This document shows positions 31,047 to 41,796 of a stretch of 64,000 bases of DNA, piece after piece. This DNA comes from an uncultured Acidobacteriota bacterium (GTDB lineage Bacteria > Acidobacteriota > Polarisedimenticolia > J045). A program made the translations under genes and the position numbers. Under the pieces are notes generated by a model. The model searched no databases. It was given only the letters and a program-made list of their open reading frames with translations, and was not told the DNA's origin. The stretch is taken from NCBI GenBank assembly GCA_963702425.1, contig CAVPCQ010000036.1, positions 1 to 64,000 on the forward strand. Direction: 5' to 3'. The stretch's first letter is position 1. Each line of letters begins with the position of its first letter.

Positions 31047-31062
31047 TGCAACCCTGGTGCCA
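31047..31062 (-). promoter_or_regulatory. sigma54 promoter of pilA
   Basis: Minus strand TGGCAC-CAGGG-TTGCA, a consensus match. Confidence 0.85.
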
Positions 31063-31222
31063 GCTCGTCCCGTTCCCCCGCGGGGGTTGCAACTTCACGC
31101 TGCCCAATATGTTGCCCGGATCGGGCAGATGCCAGTCGGGGCTCGGAGGCTCGCGCCTGACATCGGGCGGCCGTCGGGCTGACGCGGAGTGTCAGTCCGG
31201 CGGGGGGGGCCGAGCGGACCAA

Positions 31223-32677
31223 TCAGCCCCGCCCGGTGCGGCTTCCCACGGGGTCCCGGGCCTCGTCCCAGAGCCGCTCGGGGGCCTCCCCGGAGGGATC
31301 TTCGGCGATCCCGGACTCGCGCCCGGTCAGGCCGAATTTCTTGGCGAAGTACCGGAAGGAGCGAAACGTCATGCCGAGCCGTTCGGCGGCCCGGGTCTGG
31401 ACCCCCCCCGCCTGGTCGAGCGCGGCGGCCATGTAGCGGCACCGTTCCTCGTCCAGGTACTGCTCGAGATCCACAGCGGCCGGGAGGCGCGGCCGGTCCC
31501 TCGGACCCGCCGGCGCCGCCCCGGTCACCTCGGGCGGCAGGCTGTCGTGCTGGAGGAGGTCGCCCGTGGAGAGGGCCACCGCCCGCTCGATCACGTTCTC
31601 CAGCTCGCGGATGTTCCCCGGCCAGCGGTAGCGCGACAGCGCCTCGACGAAGGCCGGCTCGGCCCCCGCCAGCGTGCGCCCCATCCGTTGCCCGTGCTTG
31701 GCGGCGAAGACCTGCACGAACTCCGCGACGTCCTCGATCCGCGTCCGGAGCGGCGGCATGGCGACCTGGATCACGTTGATCCGGTAGTAGAGGTCCTCGC
31801 GGAAGTCGCCGCACTGCACCAGCATCTCGAGGTCGCGGTGCGTCGCGCAGATCACGCGGACGTCGACCGGGATCTCCTCGTTGCCGCCGACACGACGGAT
31901 CGTCCGTTCCTGCAGCACACGCAACAGCTTGGCCTGCATCGCGGCCGGCATGTCCCCGATCTCGTCGAGGAAGAGCGTCCCCCCTTCGGCCGCCTCGAGC
32001 AGCCCCGGCCGCGCGCGGTCGGCGCCGGTGAACGCCCCCTTGACGTGCCCGAACAGCTCCGACTCGAGCAGCTCCGCCGGGATTGCCGCGCAGTTGATGC
32101 CGACGAACGGCCGGGCGGCGCGCGGCGATGCGCCGTGGATCGTGCGGGCGACGACCTCTTTCCCGGTCCCCGATTCGCCGGTGATGAGGACCGTGCTCTC
32201 GGTCCCGGCGACGCGCGACACCAGCTCGCGTACGCGCTGGATGCTCGGGGAGCGGCCGAGGATCTCGATGTTGACGGCCAGCCGCTCCTTCAGGCGCCGG
32301 TTCTCGTCGGACAGCCGCCGCGCCGAAAGCGCGTTCCGGACGTGCAGCCGCATCTCCTCGACGTTGAACGGCTTCTCCAGGTAGTTGACCGCGCCGTGGC
32401 GCATCGCCTCGATCGCGGTCTCCTTGGAGCCGAAGGCGGTGATGACGATCGCGGGGGTCTCGGGGCTGACGCTCGACGAGCGGCGCAGCAGCTCGACGCC
32501 GTCCATCTCGGGCATCGAGAGATCGGTGATCAGGAGGTCGACGGCCTCGCGCGACAGCACGCCGAGCCCCTCCTCGCCCGACGCCGCGACCCGCACCAGA
32601 TGACCGTCCGCGCGCAGCACCGCGCGCAGCATCTCGCGGATGCCGGGCTCGTCATCGACGACCAGGACCAGCGCCAC
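31223..32677 (-). CDS. pilR: sigma54-dependent response regulator
   Basis: Receiver domain, GESGTGKE, GAFTGA, C-terminal HTH; lies between pilS and pilA. Confidence 0.85.
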   Translation of the reverse strand: MALVLVVDDEPGIREMLRAVLRADGHLVRVAASGEEGLGVLSREAVDLLITDLSMPEMDGVELLRRSSSVSPETPAIVITAFGSKETAIEAMRHGAVNYLEKPFNVEEMRLHVRNALSARRLSDENRRLKERLAVNIEILGRSPSIQRVRELVSRVAGTESTVLITGESGTGKEVVARTIHGASPRAARPFVGINCAAIPAELLESELFGHVKGAFTGADRARPGLLEAAEGGTLFLDEIGDMPAAMQAKLLRVLQERTIRRVGGNEEIPVDVRVICATHRDLEMLVQCGDFREDLYYRINVIQVAMPPLRTRIEDVAEFVQVFAAKHGQRMGRTLAGAEPAFVEALSRYRWPGNIRELENVIERAVALSTGDLLQHDSLPPEVTGAAPAGPRDRPRLPAAVDLEQYLDEERCRYMAAALDQAGGVQTRAAERLGMTFRSFRYFAKKFGLTGRESGIAEDPSGEAPERLWDEARDPVGSRTGRG

Positions 32678-32678
32678 G

Positions 32679-34367
32679 TCAGCTCCCCGCGCCGGCCGGG
32701 AGCGGCTCTCGGACGGCGACCGGCCGGGCCCCTTCGCCCCGCGCCGCCCGCTCGGCGGCCGGCGGCTCCGCCGCCGGGAGGATCAGTCGAATCTCGGTTC
32801 CGCGGCCGGGGCGCGAGGTGATGCGGACGCGTCCGCCGTGCTCCTCGGCGATCCGGTAGACGATCGCCGCGCCGAGCCCCGAGCCCTCGCGGAAGGTCCC
32901 CTCGAACGGCTGGAAGTAGCGCCGCAGCGCGTCCGAGTCCATCCCGTGCCCCTCGTCCGCGAACGACAGGACGACGCGGTCCCCGCCCTCGCCCGAGACC
33001 CGGACCGCCAGCGACCCGCCGTCCGGCATCGCCTTGATCGCGTTCCCGGCAAGGTTCCAGAAGACCTGCCGCATCCGGTCGCGGTCGGCCAGCGCCCAGG
33101 TCTCGCCCGGGCCGCGCGTCACCTCGACCCGGTGGCGCGGGCTCATGTCGGGGCTCTTGCGGAACAGCCGCGCCATCTCCTCCATCAGGCCGACCAGCTC
33201 GAGCGGCGCGGCCTGGAACGGCCCGGGACGCGCGTACTGCAGGAAGTCGCGGATGATCCGGTTGAGGCGCTCGCTCTCCTGGATCGCGACCTCGACCAGC
33301 GGGCGCTGTTCCTCGCCCACCGGGCCGTTCCCGATCACCTGCACGCAGCCGCTGATCGCCGCCAGAGGGTTGCGCAGCTCGTGCGCCATCCCGGCCGCCA
33401 TCTCGCCCAGCGCCGCCATCCGCTCGCGGATCCGCACCTCCTGTTCGAGCGCCAAGAGCCCGGTGAGGTCCTGGAACACGATCAGCCAGCCGACCGCCTC
33501 GCCGGTGTGGCCCTTGAGTTGCGAGACGGTGTAGCCCAGGTACAGTTCCTCCCCGTCGGCCGGCCGCCGCCAGGCCCGTTCGAGGCGCACCCGCTCGCCG
33601 GCGCGCAGCTGCTCGCCGGCCTCGGCCAGGAAGCGGGGGGCGAGGCCCAACACCGCCGCCGCCGGGCGCCCCGCAACATCGGACAGCGCCATCCGCGTGA
33701 TCGCACCGCCCGCCGGATTGAGGAAGGTGACGCGCCCCTCCCGGTCGGTGGTCATCAGGCCGGAGCTGATCGATTCGACGATGTCGGCCTGCAGCGCGCG
33801 CAACGCCGCGACGGCGTTGCGCTGCTGCGCCAGCTCGGTGTCGGCCCGCCGCAGCCGGTCGGCGAGGGCGCCGCCGAGCAGCCCGAGCACGAGGAACCCG
33901 ACCAGGTGCGAGGTGCCGGCGTAGAGCAGCCGGCCGACGGCCAGCTCGCCCGCGACGTCCGACAGCGCCGCCCGAGCGATCAGCGCGCCGAAGATCGCGC
34001 CCGCGCTGAGCGCGGCCGCCAGCCCGCCGCCGGTGCCGAGCAGGGCCGCCGCGAGGACCACCGGGACCGCGAACAGGAAGGTCAGCGGCGAGAGCGCACC
34101 GCCCGTCACGAGCACGAACAGCGTGACGAGGGCCATGTCCCCCGCGACCTCGAGGATCGCCAGTGTGCGCGACTCGCCGAAGCGCCGGTCGAGCAGCGCG
34201 TAGAGCAGGATCGAGCCGAACGCGGCCGCCGCCAGCACGTAGAGCTGGCGCAGCGGTCGGCCCGGCAGAAAGACCAGCTCGATCGCGAAGGTCGCGACCA
34301 GGAGCGTCGCGACCGCGACGGCGCGCGCGGCGTTGAGCCGCTGCAGGTTGCGCCGGAACGACCTCAC
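32679..34367 (-). CDS. pilS: Sensor histidine kinase
   Basis: TM region, PAS, AHELRNPL, GSGLG. Confidence 0.85.
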   Translation of the reverse strand: MRSFRRNLQRLNAARAVAVATLLVATFAIELVFLPGRPLRQLYVLAAAAFGSILLYALLDRRFGESRTLAILEVAGDMALVTLFVLVTGGALSPLTFLFAVPVVLAAALLGTGGGLAAALSAGAIFGALIARAALSDVAGELAVGRLLYAGTSHLVGFLVLGLLGGALADRLRRADTELAQQRNAVAALRALQADIVESISSGLMTTDREGRVTFLNPAGGAITRMALSDVAGRPAAAVLGLAPRFLAEAGEQLRAGERVRLERAWRRPADGEELYLGYTVSQLKGHTGEAVGWLIVFQDLTGLLALEQEVRIRERMAALGEMAAGMAHELRNPLAAISGCVQVIGNGPVGEEQRPLVEVAIQESERLNRIIRDFLQYARPGPFQAAPLELVGLMEEMARLFRKSPDMSPRHRVEVTRGPGETWALADRDRMRQVFWNLAGNAIKAMPDGGSLAVRVSGEGGDRVVLSFADEGHGMDSDALRRYFQPFEGTFREGSGLGAAIVYRIAEEHGGRVRITSRPGRGTEIRLILPAAEPPAAERAARGEGARPVAVREPLPAGAGS

Positions 34368-34392
34368 GGCCCGCGCGCGCCCACGCCCCGCG

Positions 34393-35595
34393 TCAGCCGA
34401 TCTTGCTGATCAGCGAGAACATCGGCATGTACATCGAGATCACGATGCCGCCGATGACGACGCCGAGGAAGCTGATCATGAGCGGCTCGAGCAGCGCCAG
34501 CAGGTTGGCCGTCGCCTCGTCCACTTCGTCTTCGTAGAAGTCCGCAATCTTCGACAGCATGGTGTCCAGCGCTCCCGTGTGCTCGCCGACCCCGATCATC
34601 TGCACCACCATCGAGGGGAAGACTCCCGTCTGCTGCAGCGGCTCGCTGATCGTCTTGCCCTGCTCGACGCTCCGGCGCACGGCCATGATCGCGTCCTCGA
34701 CGATCGCGTTGCCCGCGGTCCGGGCCGTGATGTCGAGGCCGTCGAGGATCGGCACGCCCGAGGTGGTCAGCGTGGCCAGCGTGCGGCAGAACCGGGCCAC
34801 GGCGATCTTGCGGATCAGCATCCCGATGACCGGCGCCTTGAGCAGCGCCTTGTCGATCACGTGCCGGCCCTGGTCGGTCTTGTAGTAGGTCTTGATCCCC
34901 ATCCCCATGCCGACGAAGCCAGCCCCCATCAGCCACCACCAGCGGCGCAGGAAGTTCGACAGCGCGATCGTGATCCGCGTCGGCGTCGGCAGGGTCGCGC
35001 CCAGGCCGGTGAACAGGTCGGCGAAGACCGGGATGACCCAGGTCAGGATGACCCACACCACGAGGATCGCGATCCCGATCACCGACACCGGGTAGACCAG
35101 CGCGCCGCGGATCGCAGCCTTGAGCTTGACGATCTTCTCGATGTAGACCGAGAGACGCTGGAGGATGGTGTCGAGGATACCGCCGGCCTCGCCCGCGGCC
35201 ACCATGTTGCAGTAGAGGTCGTCGAAGACCTTCGGGTGCTTCCGCATCGCCTCAGCCAGCGTCTGCCCGGACTCGACGTCGGAGCGGATCTCCGTCAGCG
35301 TCGCCTGGAAGACCTTGTTGGACTGCTGGCTGGCCAGGATCTCGAGGCACTGCACGAGCGGCAGACCGGCGTCGATCATCACCGAGAACTGCCGGGTGAA
35401 GATCGCGATCTCCTTGCGGCTCACCCCGCCGCGCAGCTTCGGAATCGCGAAGCCCGCCCCTTTCTTGGCGACGGTCGGCGCCTGGTAGCCCTGCTTGCGC
35501 AGCGCGAGGAGGGCCGCGTCCGGGCTTGCGGCGTCGAGCACCCCTTCTTTCGCCTCGCCCGAGCGGCTCTTGGCCTTCCACGCGTAGGTCGTCAT
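34393..35595 (-). CDS. pilC: T4P inner-membrane platform protein
   Basis: FTRQFSVMIDAGLPL, AGEAGGILD, GEHTGALD. Confidence 0.95.
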   Translation of the reverse strand: MTTYAWKAKSRSGEAKEGVLDAASPDAALLALRKQGYQAPTVAKKGAGFAIPKLRGGVSRKEIAIFTRQFSVMIDAGLPLVQCLEILASQQSNKVFQATLTEIRSDVESGQTLAEAMRKHPKVFDDLYCNMVAAGEAGGILDTILQRLSVYIEKIVKLKAAIRGALVYPVSVIGIAILVVWVILTWVIPVFADLFTGLGATLPTPTRITIALSNFLRRWWWLMGAGFVGMGMGIKTYYKTDQGRHVIDKALLKAPVIGMLIRKIAVARFCRTLATLTTSGVPILDGLDITARTAGNAIVEDAIMAVRRSVEQGKTISEPLQQTGVFPSMVVQMIGVGEHTGALDTMLSKIADFYEDEVDEATANLLALLEPLMISFLGVVIGGIVISMYMPMFSLISKIG

Positions 35596-35697
35596 GGGTC
35601 CAGCCCTCCGGGCCGGCGCGAAGGCCGGCCCCTACACGCCGGCACGGAGGCCGGCTCCTGCGGGCCGGCGTCGGGGCCGGCCCCTCTTCCGATTCCC

Positions 35698-36819
35698 CTA
35701 CCGCGGGCGGCGCTCTTCCGGCGCCGCCGTCGCGCCGCCGCCGAGTGTGCCAACGCCGCGATTGATCATCTCCTGGAGCTCTTCCGCGTTGTGCGACACC
35801 GCGAGCGCGGTCTGCAGCGTGATCTGGCGGCGGAAGTACTGCGTCGCCAGGGACTGGTTGAAGGTCTGCATTCCGTGCTTGGCCTGCCCGGTCTGCATCA
35901 TCGAGTAGATCTGGTGGACTTTGTCCTCGCGGATCAGGTTCCGGATCGCCGAGTTGGGGACGAGGATCTCCATCGCCATCACGCGACCGTGGCCGCTGGC
36001 CCGCGGCAGCAGCGACTGGCAGAGGATTCCCTCCAGCGTCAGCGAGAGCTGTGCCCGCACCTGCGACTGCTGGTTGGGGGGGAAGACATCGACGATGCGG
36101 TTGATCGTCTGGGATGCCGAGTTGGTGTGCAGAGTGGCGAACGTCAGGTGGCCGGTCTCGGCGACGCGCAGCGCGCACTCGATCGTCTCGAGGTCTCGCA
36201 TTTCACCGATCAGCACGATGTCGGGATCCTGCCGCAGCACCGAGCGCAGGGCGGCCGGGAAGGTCTTGGTGTCCGAGCCCAGCTCGCGCTGGTTGACCAG
36301 GCAGCGCTTGTGCGTATGCAGGTACTCGATCGGGTCCTCGATCGTCACGATGTGGGAGTGCCGCTCGCGGTTGATCTTGTCGAGCATCGCGGCCAGCGTG
36401 GTGCTCTTGCCGGAACCGGTCGGTCCGGTCACCAGGACCAGGCCGCGTGGCCGGTCGGAGAGCGTGGAGACGACCTCCGGCAGGCCCAGCTCCTGGAAGC
36501 TGCGGACCTCCCAGGGGATCGTCCGAAAGGCCGCTGCCACCGCGCCGCGCTGGTTGAATACGTTGGCGCGGAAACGCGCCATGCCCTTGATGCCGAACGA
36601 GAAGTCCAGCTCGAGGTTTTCTTCGAAGCGGTGCTTCTGCTGGTCGGTCAGCACGGAGTAGACCAGCGCCTTCGTCTCGGCCGCCGAGAGCGGCGGGAGC
36701 TGCAGCGGAACCAGCTCGCCGTCGATCCGGATCTGCGGCGGGGAGCTGGTCGTGACGTGCAGGTCGGACGCCCCCTGGTCGACCATCGTCTTCAGGAGCT
36801 GCTGCAGCGTTACGGACAC
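35698..36819 (-). CDS. pilT: T4P retraction ATPase
   Basis: GPTGSGKSTT, LRQDPD, AETGHL, AIRNLIRE. Confidence 0.95.
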   Translation of the reverse strand: MSVTLQQLLKTMVDQGASDLHVTTSSPPQIRIDGELVPLQLPPLSAAETKALVYSVLTDQQKHRFEENLELDFSFGIKGMARFRANVFNQRGAVAAAFRTIPWEVRSFQELGLPEVVSTLSDRPRGLVLVTGPTGSGKSTTLAAMLDKINRERHSHIVTIEDPIEYLHTHKRCLVNQRELGSDTKTFPAALRSVLRQDPDIVLIGEMRDLETIECALRVAETGHLTFATLHTNSASQTINRIVDVFPPNQQSQVRAQLSLTLEGILCQSLLPRASGHGRVMAMEILVPNSAIRNLIREDKVHQIYSMMQTGQAKHGMQTFNQSLATQYFRRQITLQTALAVSHNAEELQEMINRGVGTLGGGATAAPEERRPR

Positions 36820-36841
36820 GGTGTCTCTCCGTCGGCGTTCA

Positions 36842-38578
36842 TCAGAACACCGTCTCGCGCACCACCTCGTCGATCGTGGTGACGCCCTCCCTGATCTTGT
36901 GCAAGCCCGAGCGGCGCAGCGTGATCATGCCTTCCTCGATCGCGCGCCGTTTGAGCTCGAGCGCCGAGCAGCCGGTGAGAATCATCTCGCGGATGTCTTC
37001 CGACACCTCGAGAATCTCGAACAAGCCGACGCGTCCCTTGTAGCCGGTGTTGTTGCAGGTGCCGCAGCCGCGGCCCTTCATCACCGTCGCCGTCTCCGCC
37101 TCCTCGGGCGTGAAACCGATGTCGATCAGCGCCTGGACCGGAACCTCGATCGGCTGCTTGCAGTCGCGGCAGGCCCGGCGCACCAGGCGCTGGGCGGCGA
37201 TCAGGTTGACCGAGGTCGCGACGAGGAAGGGCTCGATACCCATGTTCACGAGCCGGTTGATCGTGGACGGGGCGTCGTTGGTGTGCAGGGTCGAGAGCAC
37301 GAGGTGGCCGGTGAGGGCCGCCTTGACCGCGATCTCGGCGGTTTCGAAGTCCCGGATTTCACCGATCAGGATGATGTTGGGGTCCTGCCGGAGGAAGGCG
37401 CGCAGCGCCTCAGCGAAGGTCAGGCCGATCGACTCCTTGGTCTGGACCTGGTTGATCCCGTGCAGGTTGAACTCGACCGGGTCCTCGGCCGTCATGATGT
37501 TCGTGTCGGTCGTGTTGACCCGTGCGATCGACGAGTAGAGGGTGTTCGTCTTGCCCGAGCCGGTGGGACCGGTGACGAGCACCATGCCCCACGGCTTGAG
37601 GATCGCCCGTTCGAACCGCTCGAACGACTCCTGCTCGAATCCGAGCTTGGTCAGGTCGAGCGCGAGGTTTTCCTTGTCCAACAGTCGCAGCACGACCTTC
37701 TCGCCGTGCAGCGTCGGGACCGTCGACACGCGGTAGTCCATTTCGCGCGAGCGGCCGTCGATCTTCATCTTGATCTTGATGCGTCCGTCCTGCGGCAGCC
37801 GGCGCTCGGCGATGTCGAGCTTGGCCAGGATCTTGATCCGGCTGATGATCGCGTCGCGCATCTTGTTCGGCGGACGGAGGTACTCGTTGAGCATGCCGTC
37901 GATCCGGAGACGGATGCGGAAGTCCTTCTCGTAGGGCTCCATGTGAATGTCCGACGCGCCGCGGCTGATCGAGTCGACGAGGATCCGGTTCACGATCCGG
38001 ACGACCGGGGCGTCGGCCGAGAGCGCCTCGAGGTTCGAGGCATCGATCTCGTCCTCTTCGGCCAGCAGCTCGAGATCCTGCTCCTCGCTGCTGACCGGCC
38101 CCGTCAGGCCGGACGCCTGCTCCACGGTTCCGAAGATGTCGATGCGCCGTTCTTCGTACGACCCCTCGATCGCCTCCTTGATCGCGAATTCGCTCGCCAG
38201 GACCGGCTCGACCTCGCAGCCGGTGCGGAAGCGGATGTCGTCGAGCGCGACCACGTTGGTCGGGTCGGCCATCGCCAGCGTCAGGTGATTGCCGGTGCGG
38301 TGGACCGGGAAGACGTGGTAGCGCGTGGCGATCGACTCGTTGACCAGCTCGAGCAGCTCGCGGTCGACGTGCGGGTAGAGGCTGCGCAGGTCGATCGCCG
38401 GCATGCCGTACTGCTCGGACAGGATCTGGACGAGATCCTCCTCGCTCACCGTGCCGAGCTTCACGAGGTGGAAGCCGAGGCGGCCGCCCTCCGCCTTCTG
38501 GCGGTCGAGTGCCTCCTTCAGCGCATCCCGGGAGACCAGTCCCTCCTCCAGGAGCAGGTCTCCCAAGCGGTCGCCCAT
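36842..38578 (-). CDS. pilB: T4P extension ATPase
   Basis: RLGDLL N-terminus (MshEN-like), ASDIH, RLPQDG, GSGKTNTLY, CxxC pairs. Confidence 0.95.
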   Translation of the reverse strand: MGDRLGDLLLEEGLVSRDALKEALDRQKAEGGRLGFHLVKLGTVSEEDLVQILSEQYGMPAIDLRSLYPHVDRELLELVNESIATRYHVFPVHRTGNHLTLAMADPTNVVALDDIRFRTGCEVEPVLASEFAIKEAIEGSYEERRIDIFGTVEQASGLTGPVSSEEQDLELLAEEDEIDASNLEALSADAPVVRIVNRILVDSISRGASDIHMEPYEKDFRIRLRIDGMLNEYLRPPNKMRDAIISRIKILAKLDIAERRLPQDGRIKIKMKIDGRSREMDYRVSTVPTLHGEKVVLRLLDKENLALDLTKLGFEQESFERFERAILKPWGMVLVTGPTGSGKTNTLYSSIARVNTTDTNIMTAEDPVEFNLHGINQVQTKESIGLTFAEALRAFLRQDPNIILIGEIRDFETAEIAVKAALTGHLVLSTLHTNDAPSTINRLVNMGIEPFLVATSVNLIAAQRLVRRACRDCKQPIEVPVQALIDIGFTPEEAETATVMKGRGCGTCNNTGYKGRVGLFEILEVSEDIREMILTGCSALELKRRAIEEGMITLRRSGLHKIREGVTTIDEVVRETVF

Positions 38579-38857
38579 GCGCGTCCTCTCTGGCCCGCGG
38601 GTGCGGGCCGCCGCCGTTGTGGTCGCCCCTCCGGCGGACCTCCGCGGACAAAGTTGGGTTTCGGAGGAAGGACGGGCAAGGTCCGGTTTCGGACGGCCCT
38701 CCCCGGGCGGGAACCGACCCTGGGGACAGCCACGGAAAGCAGGTAAGTCGGCCGCGTCGGGAACCCGGCCCGGGGGGGTCTCCCGGCGCGCTCTTCGGCT
38801 GACGGCGGCTGTCCCCGTTTCGCCCGAGACCTGCCCGGCCGACGGTTCCGGTCCCCG

Positions 38858-40222
38858 TCAGCCGGCGGCCAGACGCTCCCGGCGGCGCTCGAGGAGCTGA
38901 TCCATGAACTTGGTCGACAGCTCGCCCCGCGCGAACTGGGGGTCGTCGAGGATCTCCCGGAGCAACGGCAGGTTGGTCTGGATCCCCTCGATGACGAAGA
39001 AGTCGATCGCCCGCCGGAGGCGTCCGGCGGCCTCCGCGCGGGTATTCCCGCGGGCGATCAGCTTGCCGATCATCGAGTCGTAGTACGGCAGGACCTTGTA
39101 GCCGGCGTAGGCCGCGGTATCGAGCCGGATCCCCGGCCCCCCGGGGGCGTGGAACGAGGTGATCAGTCCCGGTGAGGGGACGAAGGTGAACGGGTTCTCG
39201 GCCGTGATCCGGGCCTCGATGCTCCAGCCGTGGATCCGCAGGTCCTCCTGGCGGAACGGGAGCGGCTCGCCGGCGGCGATCCGGATCTGCTCCTTGACCA
39301 GGTCGATGCCGGTGATGTTCTCGGTCACCGGGTGCTCGACCTGGATCCGGGTGTTCATCTCCATGAAGTAGAACGACCCGTCCTCGTCGAGCAGGAACTC
39401 GATCGTCCCGGCATTCTGGTAGTTGACGGCCCGCGCCGCCTTGAGCGCCGCCGCCCCCATCCGCTCCCGCAGCTCGGGGGTGAGAGCGGGCGAGGGAGCC
39501 TCCTCGATGACCTTCTGGTGGCGGCGCTGGATCGAGCACTCGCGCTCGAACAGGTGGACCAGGTTCCCGTGCACGTCCCCCAGGACCTGGAACTCGATGT
39601 GGCGCGGCCGCACGAGGTACTTCTCGACGTAGACGTCCGGAACCCCGAACGCGGCGGCCGCCTCGGTCCGGGCGGTCTCCACCGCGGACGCCAGGTCGGC
39701 CGGATCGTGGACCACGCGCATCCCGCGCCCGCCGCCGCCGGCGGCGGCCTTGACGATCACGGGGAAGCCGACCCGGCGGGCCAGCGCCTCGGCCTCCTCG
39801 ACGCTCTCGATCGTCCCCTCGCTGCCCGGCAGGACCGCGACCCCGGCCTCGATCATCGTGCGCCGCGCCTCGGCCTTGTCGCCCATCCGCCGGATCGTCT
39901 CCGGCCGCGGCCCGATGAAGGTGATCCCGCACTCGCCGCAGATCTCGGCGAAGTAGGCGTTCTCGGACAGGAAGCCGTAGCCGGGATGGATCGCTTCGGC
40001 ACCGCTGATCTCGGCCGCGGCGATGATTGCGGTCACGTTGAGGTAGGAGTCCGAGCTCTTCGCCGGCCCGATGCAGACCTCTTCGTCGGCGAAGCGCACG
40101 TGCAGCGAGTCGCGGTCGACATCGCTGTGCACGGCGACAGCCTTGATCCCGAGCTCGCGGCAGGCCCAGATCACGCGCAGGGCGATCTCACCGCGGTTGG
40201 CGATCAGGATCTTGCGGAACAT
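38858..40222 (-). CDS. accC: Acetyl-CoA carboxylase biotin carboxylase
   Basis: [42 protein letters not shown]. Confidence 0.97.
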   Translation of the reverse strand: MFRKILIANRGEIALRVIWACRELGIKAVAVHSDVDRDSLHVRFADEEVCIGPAKSSDSYLNVTAIIAAAEISGAEAIHPGYGFLSENAYFAEICGECGITFIGPRPETIRRMGDKAEARRTMIEAGVAVLPGSEGTIESVEEAEALARRVGFPVIVKAAAGGGGRGMRVVHDPADLASAVETARTEAAAAFGVPDVYVEKYLVRPRHIEFQVLGDVHGNLVHLFERECSIQRRHQKVIEEAPSPALTPELRERMGAAALKAARAVNYQNAGTIEFLLDEDGSFYFMEMNTRIQVEHPVTENITGIDLVKEQIRIAAGEPLPFRQEDLRIHGWSIEARITAENPFTFVPSPGLITSFHAPGGPGIRLDTAAYAGYKVLPYYDSMIGKLIARGNTRAEAAGRLRRAIDFFVIEGIQTNLPLLREILDDPQFARGELSTKFMDQLLERRRERLAAG

Positions 40223-40255
40223 CCGGTTCTCCTCGCCGGCGGGTCCGCGCCGCGC

Positions 40256-40723
<468 letters not shown>

Positions 40724-40815
40724 GGCAGCCTACCCTTCGTGGGCCTCGAAGCACCCGGGCCCCGCGCGCCGCGCCGCGCGCGATGCGGGCCGGATGCTAC
40801 CACGTGAGGGGAGGT

Positions 40816-41238
40816 TCAGCGGGAGAGGCGCTCGGACAGGCGCCCGGCCGTGACCCGGGCTGCGAATCGCGCGCGTCCCAGCCACCCCGACGGCCCCACC
40901 CGCAGCACCACGAAGAGCTGCATCCGCGGGACGCGCCGCACGACGAGCAGTCCGCGCTCGCCGACGACGTGCCACTCGGCAACGCCGCCGAGCCGCGCAG
41001 TGGACGCGATCCGCCCGAGCACCGGCGTGGCGGACTGAGTCTCGACCCCGATCTCCTCGGCCCGCAGGGCCTCGGCGGGCGGTCCGGCTCGAGCGACGAG
41101 AACGCCGTCGGCGTCGACCACGAGCGCCTCGAGGACGTCCGGACAGAGGCGGGCTGCGTCGGCCAGAAGACCGCGCAGCCCGTCGTCCGGTTCGGAGGGC
41201 GGGACCGGGGTCCCGCCCGGATGGGTCCCTACTTGCAC
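40816..41238 (-). CDS. Roadblock/LC7 (MglB-like) protein
   Basis: ALVVDADG.LV and LGRARF motifs; start codon uncertain. Confidence 0.65.
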   Translation of the reverse strand: MQVGTHPGGTPVPPSEPDDGLRGLLADAARLCPDVLEALVVDADGVLVARAGPPAEALRAEEIGVETQSATPVLGRIASTARLGGVAEWHVVGERGLLVVRRVPRMQLFVVLRVGPSGWLGRARFAARVTAGRLSERLSR

Positions 41239-41777
41239 TCGGTCGCGGTCAGGAGCCGCGTGCTGCCGACGGCCGTCGCGGGTTGCCCGCTCGCCGACTC
41301 GCCGTAGAACTTGAGGATCACCGTTCCCTGGTCACCCGGGCCGAAGAAGGCCGGGATGTCGTTGGGATCGACAGTCGTCACGCCGATCGCACCGGTCCCG
41401 TTGGCGGGGATCGCGACCTGCACACCGAACCGTCGCGGCGGCGGCGGGAAGCCGTAGTCCATCTTGTAGCTGACCTCGCACTCGGTGAGCACGACGTCGT
41501 TCCAGGGCGAGTCCGGGCTGGATCCCCGGACGATCGACTGGAAGTTCACGACCTGCGTCGTCCCGACGTAGGCCGTCCCGTCGAGCGTGCCGTCACCGTT
41601 GGTGTCCACCTCGGTGCCGTCCCAGTCGACGCAGGCCTCGCTCGGATTGAACGCACTGACGGAGAGCTGAGAGTTGGCGACGTCCGGATCGTCGGTCGAG
41701 CTGTTGCACCCGAAGGCGAACAGCGCCACCGCGACCAGGAGCAGCGGCCAGCCGGCCAGTTTGTGATGCCGCAACAT
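41229..41777 (-). CDS. Hypothetical lipoprotein downstream of pilQ
   Basis: Lipobox LFAFG-C; DTNGDG motif. Confidence 0.7.
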   Translation of the reverse strand: MLRHHKLAGWPLLLVAVALFAFGCNSSTDDPDVANSQLSVSAFNPSEACVDWDGTEVDTNGDGTLDGTAYVGTTQVVNFQSIVRGSSPDSPWNDVVLTECEVSYKMDYGFPPPPRRFGVQVAIPANGTGAIGVTTVDPNDIPAFFGPGDQGTVILKFYGESASGQPATAVGSTRLLTATECK

Positions 41778-41796
41778 GCTCGTTGTCCTCCGCATC

